DNA of 64,000 nt from Utricularia gibba (lineage: Eukaryota; Plantae; Magnoliophyta), in contig NEEC01000004.1 of the NCBI GenBank assembly GCA_002189035.1, positions 4,526,001-4,590,000 of the forward strand, read 5' to 3'. Numbering within the stretch: position 1 is the stretch's first letter; the number at the start of each line of letters is the position of its first letter. Shown piece after piece: positions 37,607 to 49,952 of the stretch. A program made the position numbers and the translations under genes. The notes below the pieces were generated by a model, which saw only the letters and a program-made list of their open reading frames with translations, had not been told where the DNA came from and did no database searches.

Positions 37607-38207
37607 GACCTTTCGACCACCATGAATGTTTAATTCAATAATGAAGGAATTAATTAGCTGATTTGAATTTAATAATTAGCTGCGTGGGGTCCATTAATTT
37701 CAATCAATTTATGTGAAAAAGAATTAATATTTTTTATAAATGATCCCGAAATCAACGGGTTTTTTTAGTGACTGACCCGGGTCGGGTGCTACGGAGTCGA
37801 GTAGGAGCATTAAATAGAATTATTAATTATTTTGGTGGGACCCTGTGGGAATATCTACAACATTTTCTCCAAATTTCTAATGATTTTAGACAGCTGTGAT
37901 ACAGGGCACGTGCTCTTTTTTGTATTTTTTTTAATTAAAATAAAATAATAAAAAAAGGAAAAGATATTTTTTCTCCCTGGGAAGGACGAAGCTTCACTTG
38001 GGCCTGGGCCCACTGCGGGAAGCGGAGACCGTACAATAGATTTTGAAGGCACAAGTAACAATAAGAAGCCTCCATTTGGAAGATCACACAACTGTGAACA
38101 TCTCTTCCTTTCTACCAAGGCGGATACATTTACAGACAGAGGAATCTGAAGAAGAAAATGGTGGGGAGGAGGGAGGCAGCAACTAGAGGGCAGCTTCTCC
38201 AAGATCC

Positions 38208-41200
38208 TTAAAGAAGATCCATGAGCTGGTGAGCAACATCTGTGTCCCATTTCATCAGGCATTAATATTGAAAGGGAAGCATAGAAAGCACCAACTGGGA
38301 GTGTAAAAGAATCCAGCAACTTGGTTCTAGTGACTACAGGGAAGAACGTACCTTTCAGAACGGATGATGGGGTATAGAATTCACGCCAGACGTCATGGGC
38401 AGAAGTGAGATTCATGTTGAGGTATTTCGAAGCGAGGTATGCAGCTCCTGCAGCTATCTGCTGAGGCTTGAACTGAAGCCACAGCAAGCTCCTGAGCCTG
38501 CATGAGGAGGATCTCCATTTATACAAGCATGAAAATCGGAGACTGTAAACCAAAGGTAGCAGACAATTTTGAAGCAAACCAGCGGCAAGCCATCCCAAAT
38601 CAAACTGCCAAGAGACTATGGAAGAATAAAACTATTAGCTATAATGACGACAATCCAAAACAGTGTAATACCGTATAACCAACTAAATCTTCAGTTTTTT
38701 TGTTTTTCAAAATCCAACTAAACGGACTAAAGCAAGGTTTCTTACCATAATAAATAACCAGATTCGTCTGTAGAATGTTGAGTCATATCTCAAAATAATA
38801 TGCCACCCATCTATAGATAATATCAACTTCAAGCATAACCGCCATAGTCACAGTCAAAATACTGTGTTGATTTAAATTCACATGTACCGAACCAACTTAT
38901 GTTGAGGCAAGAAAACTCCTTCAGAAAGTTCAAGGTCCTCAAATTACTAAATATAGCACGCATGTGCAATAGTTTCTGCATGAAAGACTCCATGGCCCTA
39001 TACTTTTTTCTGATTGAATTAGAAAACACTCCTCTGTCGTATCTTCGACTGTCCACAGTACACCTCAAGGTAATCTGAAAGATCATATTTGGTCAAGAAT
39101 GAGGTTTTTTTGCAAAACAAGATGCGGGATCCCCTTCCCCTTAAAATCAGTCTCACCACATCAAAAGTGATGTAATGTTTGAGTTATAAAATTATAAATA
39201 AGAGGGCCATTTAGCGCCCCAAGTTCACGTTACACAAAAATATTTTGAAAAAGGATTCAGTGAATAAACGTAAATAGGAAGTAGATCAAAGGAAGGTTGA
39301 CTTATCATCTAGTGGTAAATGAGGAGAGTTTAAAAGTCATCCGAATTAGCATACGGGACACTTGAGACTCGGCAAAGCCTTGGTGACAAACAGGAAGAAC
39401 TCAGAACAGATGTTGAGGAAAGCCTCAATCAGATTATATGCATCCTACGTGGATGCACAGTGGACAGCCAAAGACACGCATGCAGCTTACCAGATTCCAC
39501 TGAACGAAAGATTATGATCCAAGAAGGAAAATAAGGTTCAAATCATCCAAGAATTAACTTCTTTAGCAGTGAACATCATTAAGCAGTCAGCGTTGAAAGG
39601 CATCCATACATTTCCTATTTTAACATCAGAAGAAAACAAAGATTGGATGAACAGCATATCAGCAACCTTGCACTAATATCATAATGTGAGCGAGCTAATC
39701 CCTTATTGACCCTGCAATTATATGTTATTCCAAATAATCAAAGTCAAAACGGAATCACAGGTCTTCAAACGGACATCAATTTTTCAGACACAATATGCTA
39801 GCCTAATGAATTTCCAAGAGAAAATAACAATTTCCCCACTTCCGTGACAACTTTTAGTGCAACAGTTAGCCCCAGATATTCTGAAAGCCACACTATACAA
39901 CCATTTTCAATAGCCAGCATAGGGTATTGGAAATAATAGAACTTACCCCTCAGTGATGAAGCACCATGCCAGATTCTCCAAGGCTGACGAAAAGCCTAAT
40001 TTCCGAAGAGTTGAGGATAGAGACTCATAAGGATGGTGCACTGTTAGCTCAAAATTCAAGGTTGTCAAAACCAATTGCTCTGCCCCAATGATCTGTTCAC
40101 GGTATCGTTCAAACCAATCCTGTTGACAGCATGTTGTCACCATTAACCATGCAAGTAAATGCTTTACTTTATTGCCATTGAACTAAATTCAACAAAGCCG
40201 ATTGATGTACCGAGTTATATCTTTTGTAAGTACAAATTTTATTATTGTTTCAAAATTACAGCTATCCACCCGTAACTTTGCGGAAAGAAAAAAAAAATAA
40301 GGAAACCAAGAGAACATAAGTGATGGGGAAGAATGAAAACCATGCGAGACGATCAAATTAAGAGAAAAGAAAAGACTTACAAGTGGCAGCATATATGAAA
40401 GGACAGCGAAATGCTGCCTGTGGATAATTTCTGCCGAAACTCGTAACACATCAATTAAAGGGCGAGCTGTCTCCTCAGACTTCGAAGCCAAAAACAGTAC
40501 GGCTGTAGCAATTAACTGCAGCCATGAAAATATCGCATTTGTTAAGCCCAGCTGTTACTGAATACACGCAGTGCATGGCTGAGAAAACGGAAATCTCACA
40601 TATCTATCATGAGAGGCATGTGACCGGCGAAAGAAAAACCGATGGCAAAGAACCATTGCAGTCCCAATTGTTGTTGGTGGTCTGAGAATAACAAAAAAAT
40701 GATGTAAACTTCAGTGTTGGAAATCTAAGAACAGCAAAATAGAATAGAGAAAAGTACGAGGTTCTTCAATAATAAAAAAAATAGATATAAGTTTTTTTGA
40801 CGGGAATACTTACAGATCAAGCCTGTATCCAAGATCCTGAAGGAATGCACAATAAGAGTAACGTAGATGTGTCTCCTGAACGGGGCTAATGCCATCTCTT
40901 CTTGAAGGAGAGGACCGCTCTATTTCATCCCTTGACACAAAAACCATGCCATCGTCCTCAAACTTTGAAGAGTCATGCTTTGAAGTAGTTGAACCACAAG
41001 TAATAAAATCATTGCGGCTTCCATAGATAGCAGAAGAATTATTGCTGACTAAACGTGTATCAGGCTGAGGATTGAAGTAATTGATATGCTGTGGCTTAAA
41101 ACGGTTCTGTACATCACGTTGGTAGGGATATTGATACTGAAAATGCCCCCCAGTAACCTCGCAGGAGTCAGCAATTTTTCTCCGCTTATTAACATTTGCA

Positions 41201-41385
41201 TCATCTTGCTGATGATAATGGCATAAGTCAACGTTGACTGTATCACTAAAGGAATCATAATTTTTTTGCCTGTATTTTGGAGCAGCATTCGAGACCCTCA
41301 ACACCGTGGCTCTTTTTCTCCCACTAAATTGTCCACCATCTGCATCAAAATAATGTTTCTGATGGTAAGGCCGGATCAGGGCCAT
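38208..41385 (-). CDS. Cyclin T1-like (P-TEFb subunit family) with N-terminal extension
   Basis: [117 protein letters not shown]. Six exons, with a long intron at 38498-39946. Confidence 0.92.
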
Positions 41386-41921
41386 AATGCCTGTTCAATC
41401 ACCAACATCGGACGTAAGAGATAGTGATAAGAAAAATCATTCACCATCTCAATTATTCAACACATGAATAAAATGAAAAAATTTCCTATCATCCATCTCC
41501 AACGCATCATCATGAATTAAGAATAGACGGAAAGAAAATAGCACCCCATGATCACGAAATACATATAAACTCAAGCATTCAGTGCCAATTTTTTCAACCT
41601 CCCCCAAAATACATAGTAGCAAAATTCCTATTACCCGATCAGTTACCCAACTAAAATAACACGAGAATTGCATCCAAAAAGAACGACTGCATCTCATCAA
41701 AACACCATCTTTCAAAGAAATCAACATCTAGATCATGAAAAGTAACACAGAATTGGAGTCACTAAACCCTGAAACTTGAATTAAAACAATTCAAAAAAAT
41801 TACCGAAACGGAGAGATTACCTGAGATATCCAAGATCCCCAAAAAAGAAAGAACCGCCTGTGAATTTCGTTCCCAAGACTTTTCTCCGTCAAGACACGAA
41901 AGCTAAACAACAGACAGCTAT

Positions 41922-42017
41922 CGTCATTACAGTTCTTGGTCCGACAGCACAACAGTACGAGAACGAAATATTTTCTCTCCAAGCTAAGGACCTTTCCGTC
42001 ATTACAGTTCTTGGTCC
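41922..42017. repeat. Exact 21-bp direct repeat in the cyclin T promoter region
   Basis: cgtcattacagttcttggtcc at 41922-41942 and 41997-42017. Confidence 0.9.
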
Positions 42018-43533
42018 CAGGCCCAAAATCTTCAATGAGCCCAAGTTACGGGAGAGCCCGCAATCGCTGTGCGCAACTCACCATCCGTACTGCTATTTTT
42101 ATTTTTCATTATGGAATTTAAATTCTTTTTATCAGAATAAAAAAAAAACATCTCCATAACATGCCACACTCTATGTAACAATTTATAATTATTTGAAAAA
42201 TAGAAATTATTTTGAGAATTATAATAACACGATACTATTGAGCCGAATCAGGCCCAATAATACTCAAGCCCATGGCTTCTCGAGCAACAAGTTTGGGCCA
42301 ATCTCATTTGAAAAAATAAAAGTCGTACAAAACGGTGACGTACGGAGCTATCCGCGTCGCCGCCAAGGCGGAAGGCGCCGCCGGCTGACTTACGAAGACG
42401 AGCGGCTGCTTTCCTCATCGAAAGGGACAGTTGACGGAAAATTCAACGTTAAAAAAAAACACACTAATCTTCAATAAATTATTTTTAAAAACAATCTATC
42501 AAACATACTTTAATAATAATTATGTAATACGTGATTATTTAAATATGTATAATTAAAATAAATCATTAATTAATATATTATACCAAATCCATCCTAATTC
42601 AATAAAAAAAATAGTAGCTTAAAAGCGCTTCTAGTCAATTATACCAAAAGCGTGCGTTTTTGTTAATAATTAAATAAATAACACGTTTTGTGTTGTAATA
42701 TTCGGACCACCGACCACTGCATGGATGACGTTGCCTCCAAAGGCAAAAAAATCACTTTCATGTAATAGAAATAGATGCGAATCACATTTTATTTTATAGG
42801 ATATTAAATTTCATTAAAATAAATAATTTAAAAAATATATCATATATATTTTATAAGAAATTACATTTAATTAAGTATTTTATTTATTATGTGTGTGTAG
42901 AAATGTTTACAATTGAATTTATATATAAATTACTAAAATACTCATAATTAGTTATTTATATATAATTATTTATTATATAGTTGAAAAATTAGATAATAAT
43001 ATATTTTAAATAAATATAATTTTAACACACGCTATTTTAAAACTTATGTGCCAAATGGACTTTAAAAGCAATTGAAAAGTGAATATTTAAAATATTTAAT
43101 TAAAATAATTTAAATTCGAATATGAATAAATGGTTTTTTTAATTAAACATGTGTTTTTAAGAACAAACCCTACCACCGAACCTAATCTATCCCCAAATTG
43201 ATTTGCGCATGTTGTGTATGTGGTACACAGAGATGGACGAAAGGATAAGTTCTGGTGTGTGAGGGTGCAGGAGAATTGCCGATAGATTTCCAGCCATTTT
43301 TCTTAATTATTTATTATTAAATATTAAACAATAAAGTAAAAATATACTATTTTTTTACTCCCTTTTTGTTAAATTCCATGACAGGCCAAATGTGTGCGTC
43401 TGGTTTTGCTTTGGTGGGTGCGTTTTTTTGGTAAATTTCATGTACTTCTCGTCACTACAAAATCACCCCTTCCCTCTCCACTTCGCTCGTCGACCGCAGC
43501 CACTGCTTCCGTAATTCCGATTGGGTTTGATTC

Positions 43534-44192
43534 ATGTCTACTATTGTTTGTCAGAGTCGTGTAAGTCGTTATGATTCGAGACCGCGTGAGTTAACCGCCA
43601 CCCTGGTGCTGAAGCCGCCGGGATCCATGGAGGATCTTCCGCCGCCGCCGGCGCCGCCGTCGCTGTTAGACAACTGGGGGGTTCGCTGGATCATCCGTCG
43701 TATTCGAAACCGGCGCCATTGAGTCTGGGTCCCCTGTCTCTGGACCTGTGCACTGAGAATTTGGGTAGCGAGACGGGGAGCGAAATGTCCTCGCCGCCGT
43801 ATTCCCCAAGAGCGCTGGATCTCGAAAGGGGGGCACGCCCTCATCGGCGCGCCAATCGGAGACCGCCCCCTATCTACCCTCCACCGTTGATCACGATGAG
43901 CGGGGCGAGCACTCTGCAAGTGCGCCGCCGACGGGAGGAAGGGCGACTGATAATCGATGCCGTGGAGGCGCCCTTCAGGAACGCGTATCTCCAGGCGGAA
44001 CGCAGCAACGGGAGGCTGAGACTCTCCTTCCCCGGCACCGCCCAGGAGGAGGAGGAAGAGGAGTTCGACGGCGAGACGGAGGAAATCGATTTGATGAACA
44101 GCCGTCGGTGCAACGACGGCGGGTGCGGCAGAGATCGGATACCCCACAATACAGCTTGGGAATCGCGCCACCATTGGGTCGTGACTTCCTGA
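43534..44192 (+). CDS. FANTASTIC FOUR-like protein (FAF / DUF3049); one frameshift
   Basis: The N-terminal MSTIVCQ (43534) and the downstream frame SLDLCTENLGSETGS...YPPPLITM...RRRREEGRLIIDAV...LQAERSNGRLRLSF are both FAF motifs. One extra G in the run at 43676-43681 joins them. Confidence 0.88.
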
Positions 44193-44429
44193 ATTTTCTC
44201 CAATTTTATTTTTTCATTTTCTTTTCCGATGTGTTGTGGAATCAATGATTTAGAGGTAATACCAAGCGCTAATCATTCATCAAAACACCGTTAGCATCTG
44301 AGGTAAAAATATCTGGTAGGACACAGCAGAGCAGGTGCACAGGAAGACAAGGTTTTGAAAACCGCGGGTAAAGTGGGGCCCGCCTCATCAACCAGCTATG
44401 ACGTGGGCCCCGTAGATGAATCTAGGGCC

Positions 44430-44591
44430 GGCTCTTTTGCAGAATCCAATGTTGCTCTTCTGCTTTTTCAATTAATCTTAAACAATAGCTAAGTAATCTG
44501 GTTTAGTCATGATCACTTTTCCAATGGCTCTTTTGCAGAATCCAATGTTGCTCTTGTGTGAAAAAAGTGATCATGACTAAACAATAGCTAA
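44430..44591. repeat. Interleaved direct and inverted repeats
   Basis: Exact 30-bp direct repeat (44430, 44526), exact 14-bp direct repeat (44479, 44578) and a perfect 19-bp inverted repeat (44502-44520 / 44563-44581). Confidence 0.9.
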
Positions 44592-44886
44592 ACAAAAGAG
44601 GCAAATTAAATGGAATTCTTGCACAATTGTATTATTACTGAAATCGTAATAATCTGGTTGACGGACGGTATTACAAGATTTAAATGATTTTGGATTATAT
44701 GGATTTTTTTAATCGTAGATTTATTTAAAACCATATGTTTTTTATTTTACTCAAAACTAATTAATTCAATTTTTAATTTTTCTTATACCTAACACAATAC
44801 CGAAAAAACTAATTCCTCTGCTGCACTTTTATTTAAACCTAAGTAAATTAAACTTACTTTTATCTCATTACTATCAATAAAACATT

Positions 44887-45174
44887 GTAGGGTCATTTGA
44901 TATCAAAGTATTAGTATGTTTTAGTGCAATTAAGTATATGTATACTCAATTGATGATAACATTTGATATGTAATAATAAAAGTTTGAATATATGAGTGAT
45001 ATTCATATAATTAGACCCCTCATCCATTTGCATATAACAATCATATACTTAAAAAATAAGTATGTCTATAGTATAACTATATGAGGTTGGTATAAGTATA
45101 CCAATCAATGAAACAACGGTATATATGTAAACTTAAGTATAAATCTTCAATACTCTATTATCAAATGACCCCAC
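44887..45174. mobile_element. MITE (PIF/Harbinger-Tourist-like), about 288 bp
   Basis: 16-bp TIRs with one mismatch: GTAGGGTCATTTGATA (44887) and TATCAAATGACCCCAC (45159-45174). AT-rich non-coding interior; no clear TSD. Confidence 0.6.
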
Positions 45175-46989
45175 CCTAAACTCATTATTTCAGTTCCAAT
45201 AAGCAGGATTTAAAAAGATTTCAAATGCTTCATATTTCACACATATAGTACATTTTATGTGTTTTGAATTTTAGATTCAAATTATATAGAATACTAAAAT
45301 AAAAATTTAAAAATAATGTGAAGAGAAGAGAACATGCCCATATATATTATCTTGGAGTTTTAAACACACAACAAGAGGAGGAAAAGGTGGGCAAGTGGGA
45401 TTTGTTTGTGGATATGCATGTGGAGGGATACTGGTTGGTGGGGAGGGGGGGGGAGCGAAGAAGACGACCGAAAAGGGGGATTCGGGGGCTGGCAGTGAGA
45501 TTGGATACTCCTGCACCTTCCTGCTTCTTCCTCCTGCTTTCCACGACATGATAATACTAAACTAGTCACCATCTGTGGTCAGGAACGCCGGCGACGTGGA
45601 AGCACCACTGCCTTCCCCTATATATATACATACCACTTTTCCCCCAACTTGCCACCCACCAACACTTGCACTTTTAAATTCAATCATTTATTCGCTTTCA
45701 TTTTTCAAGATTCTAATCTTTGGCCTTGGTTTGGCTAGTGGGGTGGAAGTTAACTTGGGAATAAATTATTTGGATATCTTTAAGCGTATAACCATGGGTT
45801 TTGTGTAGAAAAACATGTTTGGTTACTGTTGAAATTTAGGATCTGATGAATCAGACGAACGTACGTGTGAAATTTAAATACACAAGAAACGTAGATCACA
45901 ATAGAAAAAATTAGACACATTCATAATCCTAATATAAAAAGGTACTCCCATATCCATCCTGATCTGGATGCTGTCGGGCTACGCAACAAAACCCTAAAAG
46001 GGATCTTGGCGGAGGACCCTGCCCAGCCCCAACCCAACCTTATCCAGATCTGGATTCCTATTCTATTACCAATTTTTGGCTGGCAGGGTGAATTTTAGGG
46101 CACGCAAGTACTCTAGAAGGTACGGAGGAGCCGAGTCGGACCAAACCCAGCCAAACCGATTCGGTTTCATATTCTAGGAACCAAAATCACGAACCTGATT
46201 CCAATTCCGATTCCGATTCGCATTCGGAGTGGGATTCCGATTCGGGTTCCACTGCGTGATGACCTAATTGGAAAGGATTGCTGAGGTAATTAATTTAAGT
46301 TTTGTTAATGAGACCTTCTACTTTCGTTTGTTATCAAATGTGAATAAATTTAATTAAGTTTTTTTTAAAAAAATATTACTTGAATTTATTTTTGAGATTT
46401 TAGTCGTTATTTATTATATATTAAAATCATAAATTTTAATTTTAATATTCGTTATATCAGTTATTGGATTTTTTATGTAAATAATATATTAATTAGAAAT
46501 TTACATTATTTAAATCTTCACACCTATATATACATATATTATTTTACAATTATCAATATATTAATTATAATAATCCATAAAATAGTTTTATAATTTAAAA
46601 TTTATTTTATTTATATTATCTTAAAATTAAATCTATTCTATATAATTTAAAATTATATAAAAGGTTCAATAAATTGGGCCTTGGTGCAATAACTATCTTC
46701 GGCCCATAACGAAATTAATGGGCCCAAAACCCGGATCACGCAGGTTTAGTTACACTGTGGTGGGAGGTCGCAGTGCATCAGGGAGTTAATGAGCTTCACC
46801 GCGCCCTAAATCTCTCGTCTCTTCCCATGGTGATGGATCGGATGGCAAGAGCCGGAGAGGTGACCGGTCCATCCGGAAGCTTCTAGAGGCCTCCGGAAAA
46901 CCATGGGAACGTTGCTTTCTCGCCGTCGACCGGTCGAAGGCGAACCTGCCGACGCTCGCCGGGCTAATGATTCCCAAACCCGGGAGCAT

Positions 46990-49737
46990 TTAATTCCGCT
47001 CTTTGGGTTGTTTGATGCTAGGGCTCGACGCAACTGCAGTGCAGTCTCTCAAAGGACCAGAAAAAGCCTGTAAAGCTGATGCTCTCCTTCATTGCACCAA
47101 GTAACAAAGTTTAACCTTCGCTTTTTTTTTTCCTCTTTGTGTACTACATGTCTATGTTGGCATTCAGATTCGGCCCCAAAATCTTAAATTTTGAATCCTA
47201 GTCTCAGTACGGCATGGTCCACTCCACAGTTCCTGTGTCAAACTGAAGAACAAATTAGGGGATTGATTGCTGGTCATGATATATCAGTTAGTTGGTTATA
47301 CAGAGAAATAGAAGGCACTATTTTGCTGCTTCAGTGAGTTCCTTTATGCAAAATTTCGTGATATTCATTCAGTTCCTGCATCAGCTGAAGAATGTGAAAG
47401 CGTATCTTACAACTCACCAACTGGTTCCTTGAATACAACCCGAAGTTTCCTCAAACAAGATTGTTTTTTGTCCCCTTTCCCTGTCATACCGTTGACATGA
47501 ACGACATCCCTGGTTACTCCCTCCAGTAACTCGAAGAGCGGCAAGTCGAGGTTCGATCGAGTCATCTCTTCTAGGATAGGAGGAGCCTGCATGTACAGAT
47601 TCTTGCCTCTGTGAGTCACGCTCACTCGAGTGAGCAGCAGCCTTGGGTGGTCTTCCAGCTTTCCAATGAACTGTTCAAGAATGGAGAATCATTATTGGTG
47701 TCAAGGGAGTAACCACAGTTACAGTGGTCTAGTGTCAATGAAGAAGAAGAAGAGAAGATTTCACCTTTTTCAGAGTAGTGGACCTCTCTAGCTCGATGAG
47801 AACCCCAGGACCGCAAACAAGGCAATCGGGGTCGCGGACGAATTCTGTGACTTTTGCATGGAGTCCTTCAACTCCATTGTACCTGTATGATAATGTTTGC
47901 ATTGAATATCATGGAGCTTGATACTTGATCACAGTGTCACAAGATCTAGAAGCTAAAAGGCATACGCCAAGTAATTCGACAGCGTTTTGCTGCATCCGGA
48001 TGCGATCTTCAAAGTTTCTAAAGTGCATGCAGCAGAGATGATTGCATTGGTGGAAGCTATGGCAGGGATTATGTTTTTCACCACCCCTGTAGTGAAGGTC
48101 TTTTTATAAGTAGCAGGAAGCATTTGCGCGGTGCACAACCTCATTGATGCAAATAAGAGATACATGTACTCACTTGAGTCAAAGAATATGTAACACCGGG
48201 AATCCCAAAGAGCTCGGCCCTCCGGACAGCCTACAAGAACAAATGTAAAAACCAATAGAGCATGTGGATAGACCTTTGCATCTGAGAATTCCCTATCAAT
48301 AGAAAATAAACCTGTTTAGTTGATTACCTCATCAAACACCCACTGCATGTCTTCTGGATTGTCGGGGTTGAAACTTCGACTTCCATGTACCTAGTTGGAA
48401 GAAACATGTCAATGGCCTCATCAATTTAAAGGAATATGCAACAAGTTTCTGCTGTATAAATAATGCAAGAAGTTTTAATGAGAAAAACAATCAGCGCACC
48501 TCAGGCCATTTAATCAAATGAGCATATTCAATGCAATGAGCAGCAGTTCTTGGAGTTTCAGCCAAGGTACATAATGGAAATTTCACTTGTGGAGGAAACA
48601 ACCAAATAGTACACTCAAAACAAGGTGTTGTTCCAGGCATTATAATCCTAGCATGCCCCTTGAATCCTTCAGTTCCACCATCCACCATAGGTTTCACGGT
48701 TCCTTCTATAATGTTATCTTCAGAGTCATACTCTACCAAATCAAAACAAAACAAAGAGAGAAGTGACAAAGTTACTAAAACCATTCAGATTACACCACAC
48801 CTTATCAGTAACCAACACCAGTAGATTAACGAATAAATTTTGACTAATGAATGTAAACATCTGATTCATAGCATATCCTAGGAGACAGTTTTCCCTGATT
48901 AAAGGCAACTTCTTGCAAATCTTCGAAATGCTTAGAGTATGGGGAGAGATCAAACCTAGGAACCCGCAAGCCACACCATTTATATAGCTCCGAGCCTCAA
49001 TTGAATCAAGGCCAAGGACAATTATGTGGAAATCACTATAGAAATCCAAGGGTTTATCCTCAATACGGCAGAAATGTGGTGTAATATCTACACCATTGAC
49101 TCTTTCCATTACTCTTTTTGCAGCTACTTCAGCCTTTGGTTTCCCCACATCTTCAAGCCTATGCAGAGAAAAAGATAGATATACTCAGCATAAAACATAT
49201 GATGGTATGCTCACAAGAGATTCCACACTCACATACAAATCAAAACCCAACATCAAGCACGCTCAGGAAACATATTAAAAAACTCACAAAATAGTGCTAT
49301 TGTACTAGACGTCATATATACACCTGAAGAGGAACTGACGATTGAGGTTGGTCACTTCAATGCGGTCCATATCGATGACATCCAATCTCCGAAAACCAGT
49401 TAATGCCAAGTCCTTCAACAATTCACAGCCTAGCCCTCCTGCTCCCACAACCAAAACTCTCACGTACTCTCTAATGTCATCTCTCAGCTTTGGAGGCAAA
49501 ATAAAGATCGAAAAAACGCCGATCATCACAGCGAAAATGCAAAATGAAACAATACTACGAAACAACCCAGATAATCGAAAAATTGCACAGCTGCAGATCA
49601 ACCACAAAAGGCGCCAACAAAAAAAGAGAAGGAAACTTTACTTCAACGCCCGGCTCAAAACTCGGGCCAACAAGGTGCCCCGGTCGGAGAAGAAGCTTGT
49701 CAAGGTCTCTTGATCTGCTGGGCTGTGAAACCGCCAT
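46990..49737 (-). CDS. ECR1: NEDD8/RUB-activating enzyme E1 catalytic subunit (UBA3/ECR1)
   Basis: [82 protein letters not shown] (catalytic Cys), [31 protein letters not shown]. The last exon (47033-46990) is tentative. There is an apparent missing G at the 48084-48087 acceptor. Confidence 0.95.
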
Positions 49738-49944
49738 TTCTGTGTCTCTTCAACCTCAGCCTTCACTTCGTCCCTTCAGTGCATAACAAATATCACCACA
49801 CCCCAATTTCCCTTCCTTTCAAATCTCCGAATCGGAAAGGCTTCACCTCTGGAAATGGTGTGAAACGACTTTAGCTTCAAAAACGCTCTTCCTTCGGTAC
49901 CCTAGGGATTTAGCGCACCAGATGAGACAGGAGCTTTCCAAAAT

Positions 49945-49952
49945 TAGGGTTT
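49945..49952 (-). promoter_or_regulatory. Telo-box in the ECR1 promoter
   Basis: AAACCCTA on the ECR1 sense strand, about 210 bp upstream of the ATG. Confidence 0.55.

Noticed and set aside
42236-42260. ttgagccgaatc resembling miR171/miR479 family 5' ends
   Set aside because: The similarity stops after about 12 nt, there is no star arm, and it sits in a site II promoter context.
45505-45535. Minus-strand ggaagaagcaggaaggtgca resembling miR164 (about 15 of 21 positions)
   Set aside because: Too many mismatches, including at the 5' end; the putative star pairing is only low-complexity purine/pyrimidine matching.
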